A stretch of 64,000 nt of DNA. It comes from a virus. Shown one piece after another: positions 19,087-29,748 of this stretch (positions are counted from its first letter, which is position 1; every line of letters starts with the position of its first letter). The notes under the pieces were generated by a model. It was not told the origin of the DNA. It ran no database searches and worked only from the letters and a program-made list of their open reading frames with translations. Location of the stretch: IMG/VR virus record IMGVR_UViG_3300028490_000395, one strand, 5' to 3'. The position numbers and the translations under genes were made by a program.

Positions 19087-20215
19087 TTTTTTTACACAAC
19101 ACCCATTGCTTGGAACGGTCTACTATAATATTGTAAATCAATGGGGTATAGTATTTATTATTGCACTATGGTTAGTCCCGTTTTTACTTAAAAAGTTTTT
19201 GGAAAACAAAACCGAGAAATCTAAGAACATAGTGCTGATCGTTAGAATGACAATGTTTTGGTTGTTTATGTTCTTTGTTGTAAAAGACATATTGTTTTCT
19301 GACATTGTTTCTCACCAAGATTCAAGTTACTTGATCATCTTAAAACTTATAGAGTCTGCATTTGTGATTGTTCTGGCAGTTGTGTCATACAACATTGTTT
19401 CACATGTTATTGACATAAAAATTGAAAGTAAAAAAAGAAGTGGAGGAAGTCGAGCAGGGATGAAGCTGTTAGCTGCTGCAACAATAGTTATCGTTACCTT
19501 TATATCTTTGGTCAATGTATCAGGATTAAATGAAATATTTGAGACAGGGTCTATTATTGGAATGACAGGTCTACTATTAGGTTTAACAAGTCCAATTTGG
19601 TTTCCTGATTTATTTTCAGGTCTAGTAATCATTTTTTCCAACCTTTTTCAAGAAGAGCAAATTGTTGAAATTGAAGAGTTTGGTATATATGGAATTGTTG
19701 ACAAGATTGGAGTATTTAACACTACGTTCAGGAACTATGTTAATCAACATAAAATAAGTAAATCAAACAGTGAAGTAAGAAAGGCCACAATTAACAACCT
19801 CAGCAAGCTAGCGTCGATCAAAGGGATTAGAGAGGAACTTGTGTTTAACATAGGATATAAACAAGCCGATGGATCGCCGATGACATTCTGTAAAGTTGAA
19901 GCAATGTGCCAAGATGCTTTTGATAAAGCTAAAATACACAAGCTTCCAATTACTATCGAGTTTGAACAAGGTTTTGAATTATATTTGGTAAATCCAGGGG
20001 ATCATGCATTGGAGTTCCACCTTTATTATATTTCCAAAGATATAAAGAAGCGATTGCAAAATAGATACAACCTGTATAGAGTTTTTTATTCTAGATCAAT
20101 AAAACATAACATAGGGCTAAACACACCTGTTACACATGAGGTGCTTAGTGCAAGCATTAACAGTCAAGCAATTGTTGAGGATGAATTAGATTTACAGGAA
20201 AAGAGATCGGTATAG
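19076..20215 (+). CDS. MscS-family mechanosensitive channel
   Basis: Three TM segments followed by EQIVEIEEFGIYGIVDKIGVFNTTFRNY...TINNLS, which matches the MscS beta-domain motif GxxGxVxxIxxRxTxhR...N. Confidence 0.65.
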   Translation: MFTSFFTQHPLLGTVYYNIVNQWGIVFIIALWLVPFLLKKFLENKTEKSKNIVLIVRMTMFWLFMFFVVKDILFSDIVSHQDSSYLIILKLIESAFVIVLAVVSYNIVSHVIDIKIESKKRSGGSRAGMKLLAAATIVIVTFISLVNVSGLNEIFETGSIIGMTGLLLGLTSPIWFPDLFSGLVIIFSNLFQEEQIVEIEEFGIYGIVDKIGVFNTTFRNYVNQHKISKSNSEVRKATINNLSKLASIKGIREELVFNIGYKQADGSPMTFCKVEAMCQDAFDKAKIHKLPITIEFEQGFELYLVNPGDHALEFHLYYISKDIKKRLQNRYNLYRVFYSRSIKHNIGLNTPVTHEVLSASINSQAIVEDELDLQEKRSV

Positions 20216-20255
20216 AATTGTTTTTTTGGTATACTGTTTTAAAAAGGAGTTAATA

Positions 20256-20468
20256 ATGAAGCTAATCTGTGAAGAAGTTGCCTGTGAGAAAAAAGCTTGT
20301 GATCCAATGAAAATTTTTCTAAAAGCTGTCACTGAGGTGAATGATCTTTCAAAAGCATTCACCGTCTGTGGGGATTGTCAAAAGTCTAAAGAGGTTGATT
20401 CAGAAGAAAATGAAACATATGCGCTTCTTTTAGAAAAGTATATAGAGCTATATGACAAAAGTTGTTAA
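20256..20468 (+). CDS. small Cys-containing protein
   Basis: AAGGAG lies upstream of the ATG at 20256. The track start at 20226 is probably an extension. Confidence 0.45.
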   Translation: MKLICEEVACEKKACDPMKIFLKAVTEVNDLSKAFTVCGDCQKSKEVDSEENETYALLLEKYIELYDKSC

Positions 20469-20495
20469 GAGGTATTTAAGTTTGTCTGAGATAAA

Positions 20496-21104
20496 ATGTC
20501 TCAAAGGATTTTAATGAAAAAAGATAGACTAAGGTTAATTTCTCTGACAAGAGAGATTGCCAAAGATTATAAAGCCATTATAACCTTATGGGGTGACATA
20601 ACTAAACGTCATATAACAACAGATAGCGATGTCCTTGATTACAATAAGATTTTATTATCTGTTTCCAACCATGAAAAATCGTCAGCAATTGATTTGTTTT
20701 TGTCTAACTTCAATAAAGAAGATGCTTCAATTGAAACATTAGAACGGAACTTGACAAAGCTTAAGCATATAAAGAACACCCTTCAAGAACTTAAAATCAA
20801 AGATAGAAAAACTTATTTGGAGATAAAAGATAAGATAAAATCGATACATACTAAAATTGAAAAGATGCATAAAATAAATGAGAAAGCTGTACATTTTAAT
20901 GATCAAGAAAATGTAGATGTAATCTTTATAAAAGAAGAAGTGTTATTTTCAAACTCAATTTGGGTAGACGTCAGTTCAATCGAATCAGGATTTGAGAATA
21001 ATCTAAATGTTTCAAATGAGTTAAGATCAAAAACAAATAAAGCGATCTCATTATTAATGAGTGCTATAGATGTCAAAAAAACAATACTAAAAAAAGGAGT
21101 CTAA
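20496..21104 (+). CDS. hypothetical coiled-coil protein
   Basis: ORF only. First gene of a plus-strand block that ends at the flotillin gene. Confidence 0.45.
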   Translation: MSQRILMKKDRLRLISLTREIAKDYKAIITLWGDITKRHITTDSDVLDYNKILLSVSNHEKSSAIDLFLSNFNKEDASIETLERNLTKLKHIKNTLQELKIKDRKTYLEIKDKIKSIHTKIEKMHKINEKAVHFNDQENVDVIFIKEEVLFSNSIWVDVSSIESGFENNLNVSNELRSKTNKAISLLMSAIDVKKTILKKGV

Positions 21105-21105
21105 T

Positions 21106-21750
21106 ATGACTTATTTATCACACTGCGCAGACATTATCCCGTTTGTTTATTTTCTTTCACTAATGGTTGTTTTCTTAATGGGAGCAATAGAAGGGGTTCT
21201 AATGATCCTCGGATTTGGAATGTCGTCAATTATAGATGAGTTTTTCCCAGATGTAGATGTAGAGATGGATGTTCCAGATACAGGTTCTGCTATTTCAGAA
21301 GGGTTAACTTGGTTGAACAAAGGCCGAGTTCCAGTGGTTATTTTGTTCATAATCTATCTTTCAACATTTGGGACAATAGGTGCACAAATTCATTGTTTAT
21401 ATCCGTCTACGTATTTAATGGTGTCTCTTCCAGTTGTGTTCATCCTTTCAATTTTAATAACTAGAGTTCTGTCTGGATGGCTAGGTAAAATTATGCCTAA
21501 AGATGAGACTGTAGCTGTAAAAACTGAGACCTTTATAGGGAACATAGCAACTATCACATTAGGTACAGCAACAATTAAAGATTTTGTAGAAGCCAAAACC
21601 GAAGACATATATGGGAAGACTCATTATATTATGATCAGGGCAGAAGAAGAAAATGATAGATTTAAACAATCTGAAGAAGTTGTCATATTTAAAAAGTTAG
21701 AAAATGACTTTTTTACAGCCATCTCAAAAGAAGAGTCTAAAGAAGATTAA
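21106..21750 (+). CDS. NfeD-like membrane protein (short form, C-terminal OB barrel)
   Basis: N-terminal TM helices plus a C-terminal soluble beta-rich domain. Located directly upstream of the SPFH gene. AAGGAG upstream. Confidence 0.5.
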   Translation: MTYLSHCADIIPFVYFLSLMVVFLMGAIEGVLMILGFGMSSIIDEFFPDVDVEMDVPDTGSAISEGLTWLNKGRVPVVILFIIYLSTFGTIGAQIHCLYPSTYLMVSLPVVFILSILITRVLSGWLGKIMPKDETVAVKTETFIGNIATITLGTATIKDFVEAKTEDIYGKTHYIMIRAEEENDRFKQSEEVVIFKKLENDFFTAISKEESKED

Positions 21751-21804
21751 GATCTTCTTAAAATTTATACTATAATACACCTATCTAAAAAAAGGTGTAT
21801 TAAC

Positions 21805-22095
21805 ATGAAAAAAACAATCTTACTCTCAATACTAGCAACTCTATCTTTATCGGCAGCTGACATACATATGGAAAAAGATAAAACCATATCTATAAAAGAT
21901 CCAGGTGAGCTGCTCACAATTTATACAAATTCTGAAAAAACATCTTTTAAAATGGCCCCGTCTATAAAATGTGACTATGGTAAAAATGGAACGCATTGTG
22001 CTTTAGACAATCCAGAACAGCAGCTCCCTGTTGCAGCCGGAACAGTGTGGCTTGTTCAAGACAGTGAAGGCAAAACGACAAAAATCTTTTTCTAA
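21805..22095 (+). CDS. secreted small protein
   Basis: Signal peptide MKKTILLSILATLSLSAA. Confidence 0.5.
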   Translation: MKKTILLSILATLSLSAADIHMEKDKTISIKDPGELLTIYTNSEKTSFKMAPSIKCDYGKNGTHCALDNPEQQLPVAAGTVWLVQDSEGKTTKIFF

Positions 22096-22150
22096 GGGTA
22101 AATTAAGCTCTTTTGTGTGATAATCCATTTATCAAACACAAAGGAATATA

Positions 22151-23881
22151 ATGGAAACATTAATTACAACAGGTATTACAGGCGGAATCTTAGTATTCGT
22201 AATGGTCTTAATTGGACTAATCTTCACAAAACTCTACAAAAAAGCAACAAAAGAAACAGCGTTTATTAGAACAGGTCTCGGTGGTGAGAAAGTTATTCTA
22301 GATGGTGGTGCAATCGTTCTCCCAGTCGTTCATGATCAGATCTTGGTAAATATGCAAACTCTTCGTCTCCAGGTAATCAGAATTGAAAAAGACTCCCTTA
22401 TTACTTCGGACAGAATGCGTATTGATATTACAGCAGACTTCTATGTTCGTGTAGCTCCTAATGCAGAAGCGGTAGGAAGAGCAGCACAAACTTTAGGTAG
22501 AAAAACACTACGTCCAGACGACCTTAAAGTTCTTATTGAAGGAAAGTTTGTCGATGTTCTTCGTGCAGTAGCTGCGGAAATGAAGATGGAAGAGTTACAT
22601 GAATCAAGATCAAGCTTTGTTGAAAAAGTAAAGGCAACAGTTGCTGAAGATCTTCTTAAAAATGGATTGGAGCTTGAAACAGTTGCACTTACAAACTTAG
22701 ACCAGACGAAAGAGATGTTTTTCGATGAAAACAGTGTCTTTGATACAGAGGGTCTTACTGTTCTAAAGCGTAAAACAGAAGATCGTCGTAGAGAGCGTAA
22801 TGACATTGAAAAAGACGCTCAGATTGCAATCGAAGAAAAAAACCTTGAAACACGCAAACAGTCTCTAGAATATCAGCTTGAGCAAGAAAATGCTGAAGCG
22901 AAGCAAAGTTCGCAGGTAGTAAGAGAGCGCGAAGAGCGTAGAAAAGAAGAAGAGTCTGCTACTATTGTCGCAGAAAAAGAGATTGAAGAGGCTCGTATCC
23001 AAAAAGAGCTATTCATTAAAGAGCGTCAAATCGAAAAAGATAAATCTCTTGAAATTTCTGAACAAAACAAGCAAATTGCGATTTATGAAAAGTCTCAAGA
23101 AAAATCTCGATCAGCTAGTGAGGCCAATGCTGCGAAAGCCGACGAGGTTCGTTCTCAAGAAGCAATTGTTACAGCAAAAGAGATTGAGACAGCTGAGCGT
23201 GAAAAAAGACTCTTGATCATTGACGCTGAGAAAGATGCTGAAAGTGCTGCTATTAGTATTAAAGTAAATGCAGCTACAGAAAAAGCAGCTTCACAAGATA
23301 AAGCAGATGCTATTAAAATTGAAGCGCAAGGTACAGCTGACGCGATCATTATTAAGGCAGAAGCAGAAGAGAAGCGTTATGAAGTAGATGCAAAAGGTCA
23401 AGCAGACTTGAATAATGCTGAGAATGTTCTATCTGACGAAATCATTCAGATGAGAATTCAAGAAGCTCTTATCAAAACACTTCCTAGTATTATTGCAGAG
23501 AGCGTTAAGCCTATGGAGAAAATCGATTCTATCCGTATTGCTGAAATGAGTGGTCTTAACGGATCTGGTGGTGGCGCTATGAATGCAGACGGTGTGGTTG
23601 TAAATGGTGGAGGTTCTGGAAGTCTTTCAAATGAAATTGTAGATGCAGCACTAAAATACAAGACTCATGCACCGGTTCTAGCTTCTCTTACGGATAGTTT
23701 AGGTCTTGATCTAAACTCTCTTGAGGGCATGACAGCTCCATTAGAAAAAATGGTTCCGGCAAGAACTCCTAAAGTCCAGCCAGCTAAAGCTGCTAAAGTG
23801 GCTAAAAAAGCTCAAGAAAAAAGCTTATCTGATAAACAAAAAGCTTATCTGAAAAAAGATCCTGAAAACTCAGCGTCTTAA
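22151..23881 (+). CDS. SPFH/band-7 flotillin-like protein (YqiK-like) with long coiled-coil
   Basis: N-terminal TM, an SPFH core, and a long E/K/A-rich coiled coil. Confidence 0.7.
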   Translation: METLITTGITGGILVFVMVLIGLIFTKLYKKATKETAFIRTGLGGEKVILDGGAIVLPVVHDQILVNMQTLRLQVIRIEKDSLITSDRMRIDITADFYVRVAPNAEAVGRAAQTLGRKTLRPDDLKVLIEGKFVDVLRAVAAEMKMEELHESRSSFVEKVKATVAEDLLKNGLELETVALTNLDQTKEMFFDENSVFDTEGLTVLKRKTEDRRRERNDIEKDAQIAIEEKNLETRKQSLEYQLEQENAEAKQSSQVVREREERRKEEESATIVAEKEIEEARIQKELFIKERQIEKDKSLEISEQNKQIAIYEKSQEKSRSASEANAAKADEVRSQEAIVTAKEIETAEREKRLLIIDAEKDAESAAISIKVNAATEKAASQDKADAIKIEAQGTADAIIIKAEAEEKRYEVDAKGQADLNNAENVLSDEIIQMRIQEALIKTLPSIIAESVKPMEKIDSIRIAEMSGLNGSGGGAMNADGVVVNGGGSGSLSNEIVDAALKYKTHAPVLASLTDSLGLDLNSLEGMTAPLEKMVPARTPKVQPAKAAKVAKKAQEKSLSDKQKAYLKKDPENSAS

Positions 23882-23888
23882 TTCTTAA

Positions 23889-23910
23889 ACAAAGGGGTTC
23901 TTCCCTTTGT
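23889..23910 (+). terminator. hairpin terminator, ACAAAGGG-GTTCTT-CCCTTTGT
   Basis: 8-bp stem downstream of the flotillin stop. Same family as the hairpin at 52099. Confidence 0.5.
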
Positions 23911-23993
23911 TCTGCTACCCTAACACAAACTCTTCAAGTCCAATTAAGTAAAATCATCTTATACTTCTTTTATCAATATATCAAAGGATATTT

Positions 23994-24554
23994 ATGAACC
24001 ATTATATTTTCAACTCAACTCCGATAAACGGTGAATTTTTAAAAACATGTTTGGCAATTAAGTCAGATAAATTAGGAAATTTAGAAGATTACAAGTTTCT
24101 AACAAAGAAGACAGACGAGGAAGATGGCTTTTCATGTTGGTCTTGGGCCTTTTCAGCTCCAGGAGAGCACGTTAACCTAAATGACATAGCTGAGTCTAAC
24201 TCAGAGATAGTTTTAGCTCAGAAGCCTCTTATGAGACGTTTATGTGATCAAGCTGAAGCCTCTGAAATAAAGTTGTTGTCTTTTCAAAGTGTAGCTAGTA
24301 CAACAGTCAATGATATCAAACTTAAGCTTGTTCAATTGAAACAAGGGGAAGAGCCTTCAACTTTAGAGTTCCAGATTGCTTTGAGTTTAACGCTTATCAA
24401 CATCGTAAACCACTTTGAAGAGAAACCTGAAGAGTTATTTGACTTCCCTATTTTCATATCATACAAAAATAAACACAATCTTGGTGCAGACTACCTTGTA
24501 GAAGACTTCCTCGAAACAGTTAAACTCTCTCTCATAGCAGGATCGGCTTTTTAG
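23994..24554 (+). CDS. hypothetical protein
   Basis: ORF only. Confidence 0.45.
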   Translation: MNHYIFNSTPINGEFLKTCLAIKSDKLGNLEDYKFLTKKTDEEDGFSCWSWAFSAPGEHVNLNDIAESNSEIVLAQKPLMRRLCDQAEASEIKLLSFQSVASTTVNDIKLKLVQLKQGEEPSTLEFQIALSLTLINIVNHFEEKPEELFDFPIFISYKNKHNLGADYLVEDFLETVKLSLIAGSAF

Positions 24555-24725
24555 CCTGATCTATTATATAAAATCCCTTTTTCTTACTATAACCAAGAGT
24601 TACTTCTTTTGAAGAACTTATAATGGTGTATTTATGTTTTAGTTTTAAGGTACTTCTTAGTACTTTTTCAATATAATTAAGTATGTTAAAGACATATTTA
24701 ATTCAACGCTTTTAAGGAGCAAACA

Positions 24726-26771
24726 ATGGCAACGACAATCACAAACAATAAAGAGTACACAGTATCTGTAATGAACTTAAACAAATGGGCTAATGAGTAT
24801 TACACTCGTGATAATCCTTCAGTTTCAGATTCAGTTTACGATGAGCTGTACTTTTCTGTAAAAGCATTTGAAGATGCTAATCCTACTTTGTTATCAAAAA
24901 ATTCACCGACTCAAAGAGTTGGAGATAAATTACTAACAGGGTTTACAAAAGACTCTCATCTACAAAAGATGTATTCTCTAGATGACGTCTTTTTTGCTGA
25001 CGGTTCAGATCATGAAGAATTTCGTGAATGGGCTGATAAAATTAAAGAAGCTTACCCAAATGTAACCTTTTACGCAGAGCCTAAATATGACGGCTTGTCT
25101 CTCAACTTTCTTTATAAAGATGGAGAGCTTGTTAAAGCTATTACACGTGGAGATGGTGAAACTGGAGAAGATGTTACTGAAAATGCTCGTCATATTCATG
25201 GTGTCCCTCTTTCTATCCCATACACAGGTCTTGTTGAGATTCGTGGTGAAGTTACAATCTTTAAAAAAGATTTCCGTTCGGTAAACGATTATCGTCTTTC
25301 TATTAACAAAGATGAGTTTACAAATGAACGTGGTGCTGCTGCTGGATCTTTACGCTCATTTAACTCAGAAGCTGTTAAAGCTGCTCAGTTAAAATTTTCT
25401 CCTTATGCACTTGGCGAAAATGAGTTAGATCTAAACATGCAGTCTGAAGAGTATGACTGGATTATCTCACAAGGTTTTACCTCTTGGGGTACTCGAGAAC
25501 ACTCTGTTACACACGATACAGTCTCTGGAGTAATTCAGGACTACGATCGTATCATGACAACAAGAGATGAACATCCAATGTTACTAGATGGTGTTGTAAT
25601 CAAGATCGATGAAAAAGAAATCCAGCATGAGCTAGGTTTCACAAATAAGTTTCCTCGCTGGGCAATTGCTTATAAATTTCCGGCAGAAGAAGCTTTAACA
25701 ACGATTTTGAATATCATCTATCAAGTTGGTAAAACTGGTGCAATTACTCCTGTAGCTGTACTAGCTCCAACTGAGTTTGACGGTGTTACTGTTGAACGTG
25801 CAACACTTCACAACTTTCTTGAAATTGAACGCAAAGACATTCGCATTGGCGATATTGCTACAATCATTAGAAGTGGAGATGTTATCCCTAAAATTTTAGG
25901 TGTTAATCCTCTTGTTCGTGTAGGTACTGAAATTCCAGTAACTGAACCAACTAACTGCCCCTCTTGTAATGCTCCTACGGAACATAGAATTGGTGTAGAT
26001 GGCAACGAGTCAACTGTTACGTATTGCTCTAATCCACACTGTTCAGCTCGTGTTAAACAAAACATTGGCTATGCAATTGGTAAAAAAGCTTTAGATATGG
26101 TTGGTCTTGGTGATTCAGCTGCTGAAGAACTTGTTGAGAAAGAAATGGTCTTAGAAATTCCTGATTTATTCATGCTTTCAAAAGATGATCTTCTTAAACT
26201 TGACGGGTTTAAAGAACGTAAAGCTCAAAAAGCTTACGACGCTATTCAATCTGCTATTGGTACTGATCTTTATCGAGTTATCAATGCTTTAGATATTGAG
26301 CTTATTGGTGAACGTGCCTCTAAAAAACTTGCTATCAACAAATTCTTCGTAAGCCTAATTTTAGGTGAAGTTGAAGTTGAAGATAATCAATCATATGTTA
26401 TCTCTAAGCTAGAAGCGATAGAAGATATTGGTTCAGCTATGGCTAACAATATTTACGCATTCGTTTCTTCTGAAAGAGGTTTTATTAATCGTATGATTAG
26501 TTCAATCAATCCTAAGATGCCTGACTTTGACAAAGCTAAAGCAACTGGTGCTTTCACAGGTAAAACTGTTGTAATAACTGGAACCTTATCTGAGTCTCGA
26601 GGTGTCTTTGGTAAAATGGTTGAAGAAAATGGTGGTAAAGAAGGAAAGTCTGTTTCTAAAAAGACTGATTTTTTACTTGCTGGTGAAAAAGCTGGTTCAA
26701 AGCTTACTAAAGCAGAATCACTTGGAGTTACTGTTCTTAGTGAAGAAGAGTTTCTCGCTATGATCTCTTAA
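24726..26771 (+). CDS. ligA: NAD+-dependent DNA ligase
   Basis: KxDG adenylation motif EPKYDGLSL, Zn-finger CPSCNAPTE...CSNPHC, HhH region, and C-terminal BRCT GKTVVITGTL. Confidence 0.9.
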   Translation: MATTITNNKEYTVSVMNLNKWANEYYTRDNPSVSDSVYDELYFSVKAFEDANPTLLSKNSPTQRVGDKLLTGFTKDSHLQKMYSLDDVFFADGSDHEEFREWADKIKEAYPNVTFYAEPKYDGLSLNFLYKDGELVKAITRGDGETGEDVTENARHIHGVPLSIPYTGLVEIRGEVTIFKKDFRSVNDYRLSINKDEFTNERGAAAGSLRSFNSEAVKAAQLKFSPYALGENELDLNMQSEEYDWIISQGFTSWGTREHSVTHDTVSGVIQDYDRIMTTRDEHPMLLDGVVIKIDEKEIQHELGFTNKFPRWAIAYKFPAEEALTTILNIIYQVGKTGAITPVAVLAPTEFDGVTVERATLHNFLEIERKDIRIGDIATIIRSGDVIPKILGVNPLVRVGTEIPVTEPTNCPSCNAPTEHRIGVDGNESTVTYCSNPHCSARVKQNIGYAIGKKALDMVGLGDSAAEELVEKEMVLEIPDLFMLSKDDLLKLDGFKERKAQKAYDAIQSAIGTDLYRVINALDIELIGERASKKLAINKFFVSLILGEVEVEDNQSYVISKLEAIEDIGSAMANNIYAFVSSERGFINRMISSINPKMPDFDKAKATGAFTGKTVVITGTLSESRGVFGKMVEENGGKEGKSVSKKTDFLLAGEKAGSKLTKAESLGVTVLSEEEFLAMIS

Positions 26772-26777
26772 CTCAAG

Positions 26778-26799
26778 AGAAGCCTTTTGGCTTTTCTTT
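26778..26799. terminator. bidirectional terminator, GAAGCC-TTTT-GGCTTTTCTTT
   Basis: Between convergent ligA and 26814..27362. The identical 20-mer recurs in inverted orientation at 43427-43446. Confidence 0.6.
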
Positions 26800-26813
26800 C
26801 GACTTATATAAGT

Positions 26814-27362
26814 CTACAAATCTTCCAGAATATCTTCTTCTGCGATCAACACCTGCTCATTCTTCAGAATATTACCACTCTTGTCAATTTTAAATAAAAC
26901 AGAAGGTACATATTTACGACCATCGTTTCCTAAAGTTTTAACAGTTAACAACTCTTTAGTTGTTGCAATTATAGAAATAACTTCTCTTTGATCATAAGAG
27001 AAACTGCAAAAATTATAATGGTAAACGAATTTACTCAACCCTCCAAATTGCTCTCCAAATAAATGAGTGTCAAATTGTTTGTCTTCGTCACTATCAAAGA
27101 ATAATCCTTCACAATTTTCTTCGCTTAGTCTATACAGATTTTCTTTAATTATAGGTCGCATTTGTTTTGCGTACCAAGCCGGACGATCTCCGATACTTTT
27201 TAATTCAAATTTAACATTTACATCGGTCTTAGGAACCTCGGCTTTTATCAAAGAGCTCCCATTATTATTATCCATACCAGCAGAACTTTCTAGAACAAAG
27301 TACATTCCGAAAGCTCCTGCAAATATTAATAAAATCAATCCCAACTGTTTTATTTTTTCCAT
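26814..27362 (-). CDS. signal-anchored hypothetical protein
   Basis: N-terminal hydrophobic helix. ORF only. Confidence 0.45.
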   Translation of the reverse strand: MEKIKQLGLILLIFAGAFGMYFVLESSAGMDNNNGSSLIKAEVPKTDVNVKFELKSIGDRPAWYAKQMRPIIKENLYRLSEENCEGLFFDSDEDKQFDTHLFGEQFGGLSKFVYHYNFCSFSYDQREVISIIATTKELLTVKTLGNDGRKYVPSVLFKIDKSGNILKNEQVLIAEEDILEDL

Positions 27363-27495
27363 AAATAACTCCTATTTTCAAATATGAAAGAATTATACCC
27401 TATTTTATAGATACATCTTAAAGCCCTAAAATACGGCTTGTTAAAAGTTTTTTAAGATTGATTAAGCTATAATAGATACACATATATAAAAGGAG

Positions 27496-29739
27496 TTGCC
27501 CTTGTCTTCTACAGAGAATCAATACAGCGCAAAAAACATTAAGATACTTGAAGGTATTCATGCTGTTCGAAAACGTCCAGGAATGTATATTGGTGATACA
27601 ACTAGTTCAGGTCTGCACCACATCTTATACGAAATAGTTGACAATTCTATGGATGAAGTGTTAGCAGGATTTGGATCAGTAATTATGATCAAAAAGTCTA
27701 TTGAAAATATCATTTCTATTCAAGATGCGGGAAGAGGTATTCCAACAGAGATCCACCCACAGACAGGAGTATCGACCTTAGAGACTGTTCTCACTGTTCT
27801 CCATGCTGGAGGTAAATTCGACAAAGACTCTTACGCAGTTAGTGGTGGTCTTCACGGAGTGGGTAGTGTTGCTACAAATGCGCTATCGGAATGGATGACA
27901 GCGGATGTTTGTACAAATGGGTTCCATTATCACATTAAGTTTATTAGAGGGGTAGCAGAAGCGCCTATGCAAAAACTAAAGCCTTGTTCAAAGACAGGGA
28001 CAATGATTTCTTTCAAGCCAGATGAAAAAATATTTAAAGACGGAATTAAATTCTCAGATGAGATTTTAAGAAATAGATTTATTGATCTTGCTTACTTAAA
28101 TACAGGTTTAAAAATTATTTACAAATATGAAGTATTAAACGAAGATGGAGGCATCGAAGAAATTGAAGAAGTTTATCAGTCTGAAACTGGGCTAGAAGAT
28201 TTTATAGAGCATGAGCTTAACGGGAAGCCTGCTTTAATAAAGACAAAAGTATTTAGTAAAAAACAAGAAGATATCCCAGACAATGAGAAATCAAGAAGTT
28301 TTGAGATCGCTATAAATTACTCAGCTAAAAGTTTTGAAAAGAAGATAAAGTGCTATACAAACAATATCTATAATGAGTTTGGTGGAGATCATGAGCAAGG
28401 GTTCACAAGAGCACTGCATGTGGCTATTACTCAAAAGATGAACGAGAGAAAAGACAATAGTGCTAAAGACATTACTATAGATGACACGAGAGAAGGTCTT
28501 TTTGCTATTATCTCATATAAAGAATATGAGCCTCAATTTAAAGGACAAACAAAGGGTACACTAAATAGTCCAGAGGGAAAATCTCTTGTCTATGCCGAGA
28601 TGAAGAACCAACTTTTAATTTGGCTTGAGGAAAACCCAAAAGACTTTGACAAAATAGTAAAAAAGGCAGAATCAGCTAGAAAAGGTCGTGAAGCAGCTAA
28701 AAAAAGCCGTGAGGCGGCAAGAAAAAATGATATAAACTCTATGGTAGGTATTCTTCCAACAAAGTTAGCTGACTGTCAAAGTAAAGATCCAGAAGAGTCC
28801 GAAATCTACTTGGTTGAAGGTGATTCAGCAGGTGGTTCTGGTAAGCAAGCGAGAAATCGTATTACTCAAGCTATTATGCCTCTAAAAGGTAAGATTTTAA
28901 ATGTAATGAAGCACCCAAAAGAAAAAGCTCAAAATCATGAAGAAATAGGTTCAATGATTACAGCTTTTGGATGTGGTTTTGATAAAACTGTTGATCTAAC
29001 AAAAATTAGATATCACAAAATAATTATCATGACAGATGCCGATATAGATGGTGGACACATTGAGACACTTCTTTTCTTAGCATTCTTTAAATATTGGAGA
29101 CCAATTATAGAGGCAGGATATTTGTATATTGCGATACCACCTTTGTACAGAATGTCTAAAGGTTCAGAGTATCACTATTTTAAAGATGATATTGAGCTTG
29201 ACAAGTGGATAGCAAAAAAAGTATCTTCAAAATACAAGCGCTCTGATATTGATAGAATTTTAGACCAGGCTGTTGAAGATTATGCGGATATAAAAGGCGT
29301 TCCAGTGGACGGTCTTTTAGATTATGCCATTAATGAGCATATCGAACAACTTGGATTAACTTCAGTAATTAATATTCTTCCTCAGGTATTAGAGCAAATA
29401 AAAGAAACTGTTCTCGATGAAATAGACGATGTTAGAGAAGAGGCTATGAAAGAGATTCAGGATAAAGTTCTAAAAGGCTGGATGAAGTCTAGATTTAAAG
29501 GACTAGGAGAGATGAATCCATCTCAACTAAAAGAAACAGCTATGAATCCTGAGACGAGAGTAATTAAGCAGGTAACTCTTTCCGATGAAGGCCGCATGAT
29601 AGGTGATATGTTTCTACAACTAAGCGAAGATGAGGTTTCAGATGTCCTTACTCTTTTAGGTGCAGATGATTCAGCCTTTAGACGATGGTTTTTATTAAAC
29701 TTCACAAAAGACATTGGTCTTGATAAATTAGATATTTAA
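27496..29739 (+). CDS. gyrB: type IIA topoisomerase ATPase/TOPRIM subunit (GyrB-like)
   Basis: GHKL ATPase LEGIHAVRKRPGMYIGDT, plus HAGGKFD, EGDSAGG and PLKGKILNV. The start is TTG; a second TTG at 27502 has better SD spacing to AAGGAG. Confidence 0.85.
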   Translation: MPLSSTENQYSAKNIKILEGIHAVRKRPGMYIGDTTSSGLHHILYEIVDNSMDEVLAGFGSVIMIKKSIENIISIQDAGRGIPTEIHPQTGVSTLETVLTVLHAGGKFDKDSYAVSGGLHGVGSVATNALSEWMTADVCTNGFHYHIKFIRGVAEAPMQKLKPCSKTGTMISFKPDEKIFKDGIKFSDEILRNRFIDLAYLNTGLKIIYKYEVLNEDGGIEEIEEVYQSETGLEDFIEHELNGKPALIKTKVFSKKQEDIPDNEKSRSFEIAINYSAKSFEKKIKCYTNNIYNEFGGDHEQGFTRALHVAITQKMNERKDNSAKDITIDDTREGLFAIISYKEYEPQFKGQTKGTLNSPEGKSLVYAEMKNQLLIWLEENPKDFDKIVKKAESARKGREAAKKSREAARKNDINSMVGILPTKLADCQSKDPEESEIYLVEGDSAGGSGKQARNRITQAIMPLKGKILNVMKHPKEKAQNHEEIGSMITAFGCGFDKTVDLTKIRYHKIIIMTDADIDGGHIETLLFLAFFKYWRPIIEAGYLYIAIPPLYRMSKGSEYHYFKDDIELDKWIAKKVSSKYKRSDIDRILDQAVEDYADIKGVPVDGLLDYAINEHIEQLGLTSVINILPQVLEQIKETVLDEIDDVREEAMKEIQDKVLKGWMKSRFKGLGEMNPSQLKETAMNPETRVIKQVTLSDEGRMIGDMFLQLSEDEVSDVLTLLGADDSAFRRWFLLNFTKDIGLDKLDI

Positions 29740-29748
29740 GGATAAGAA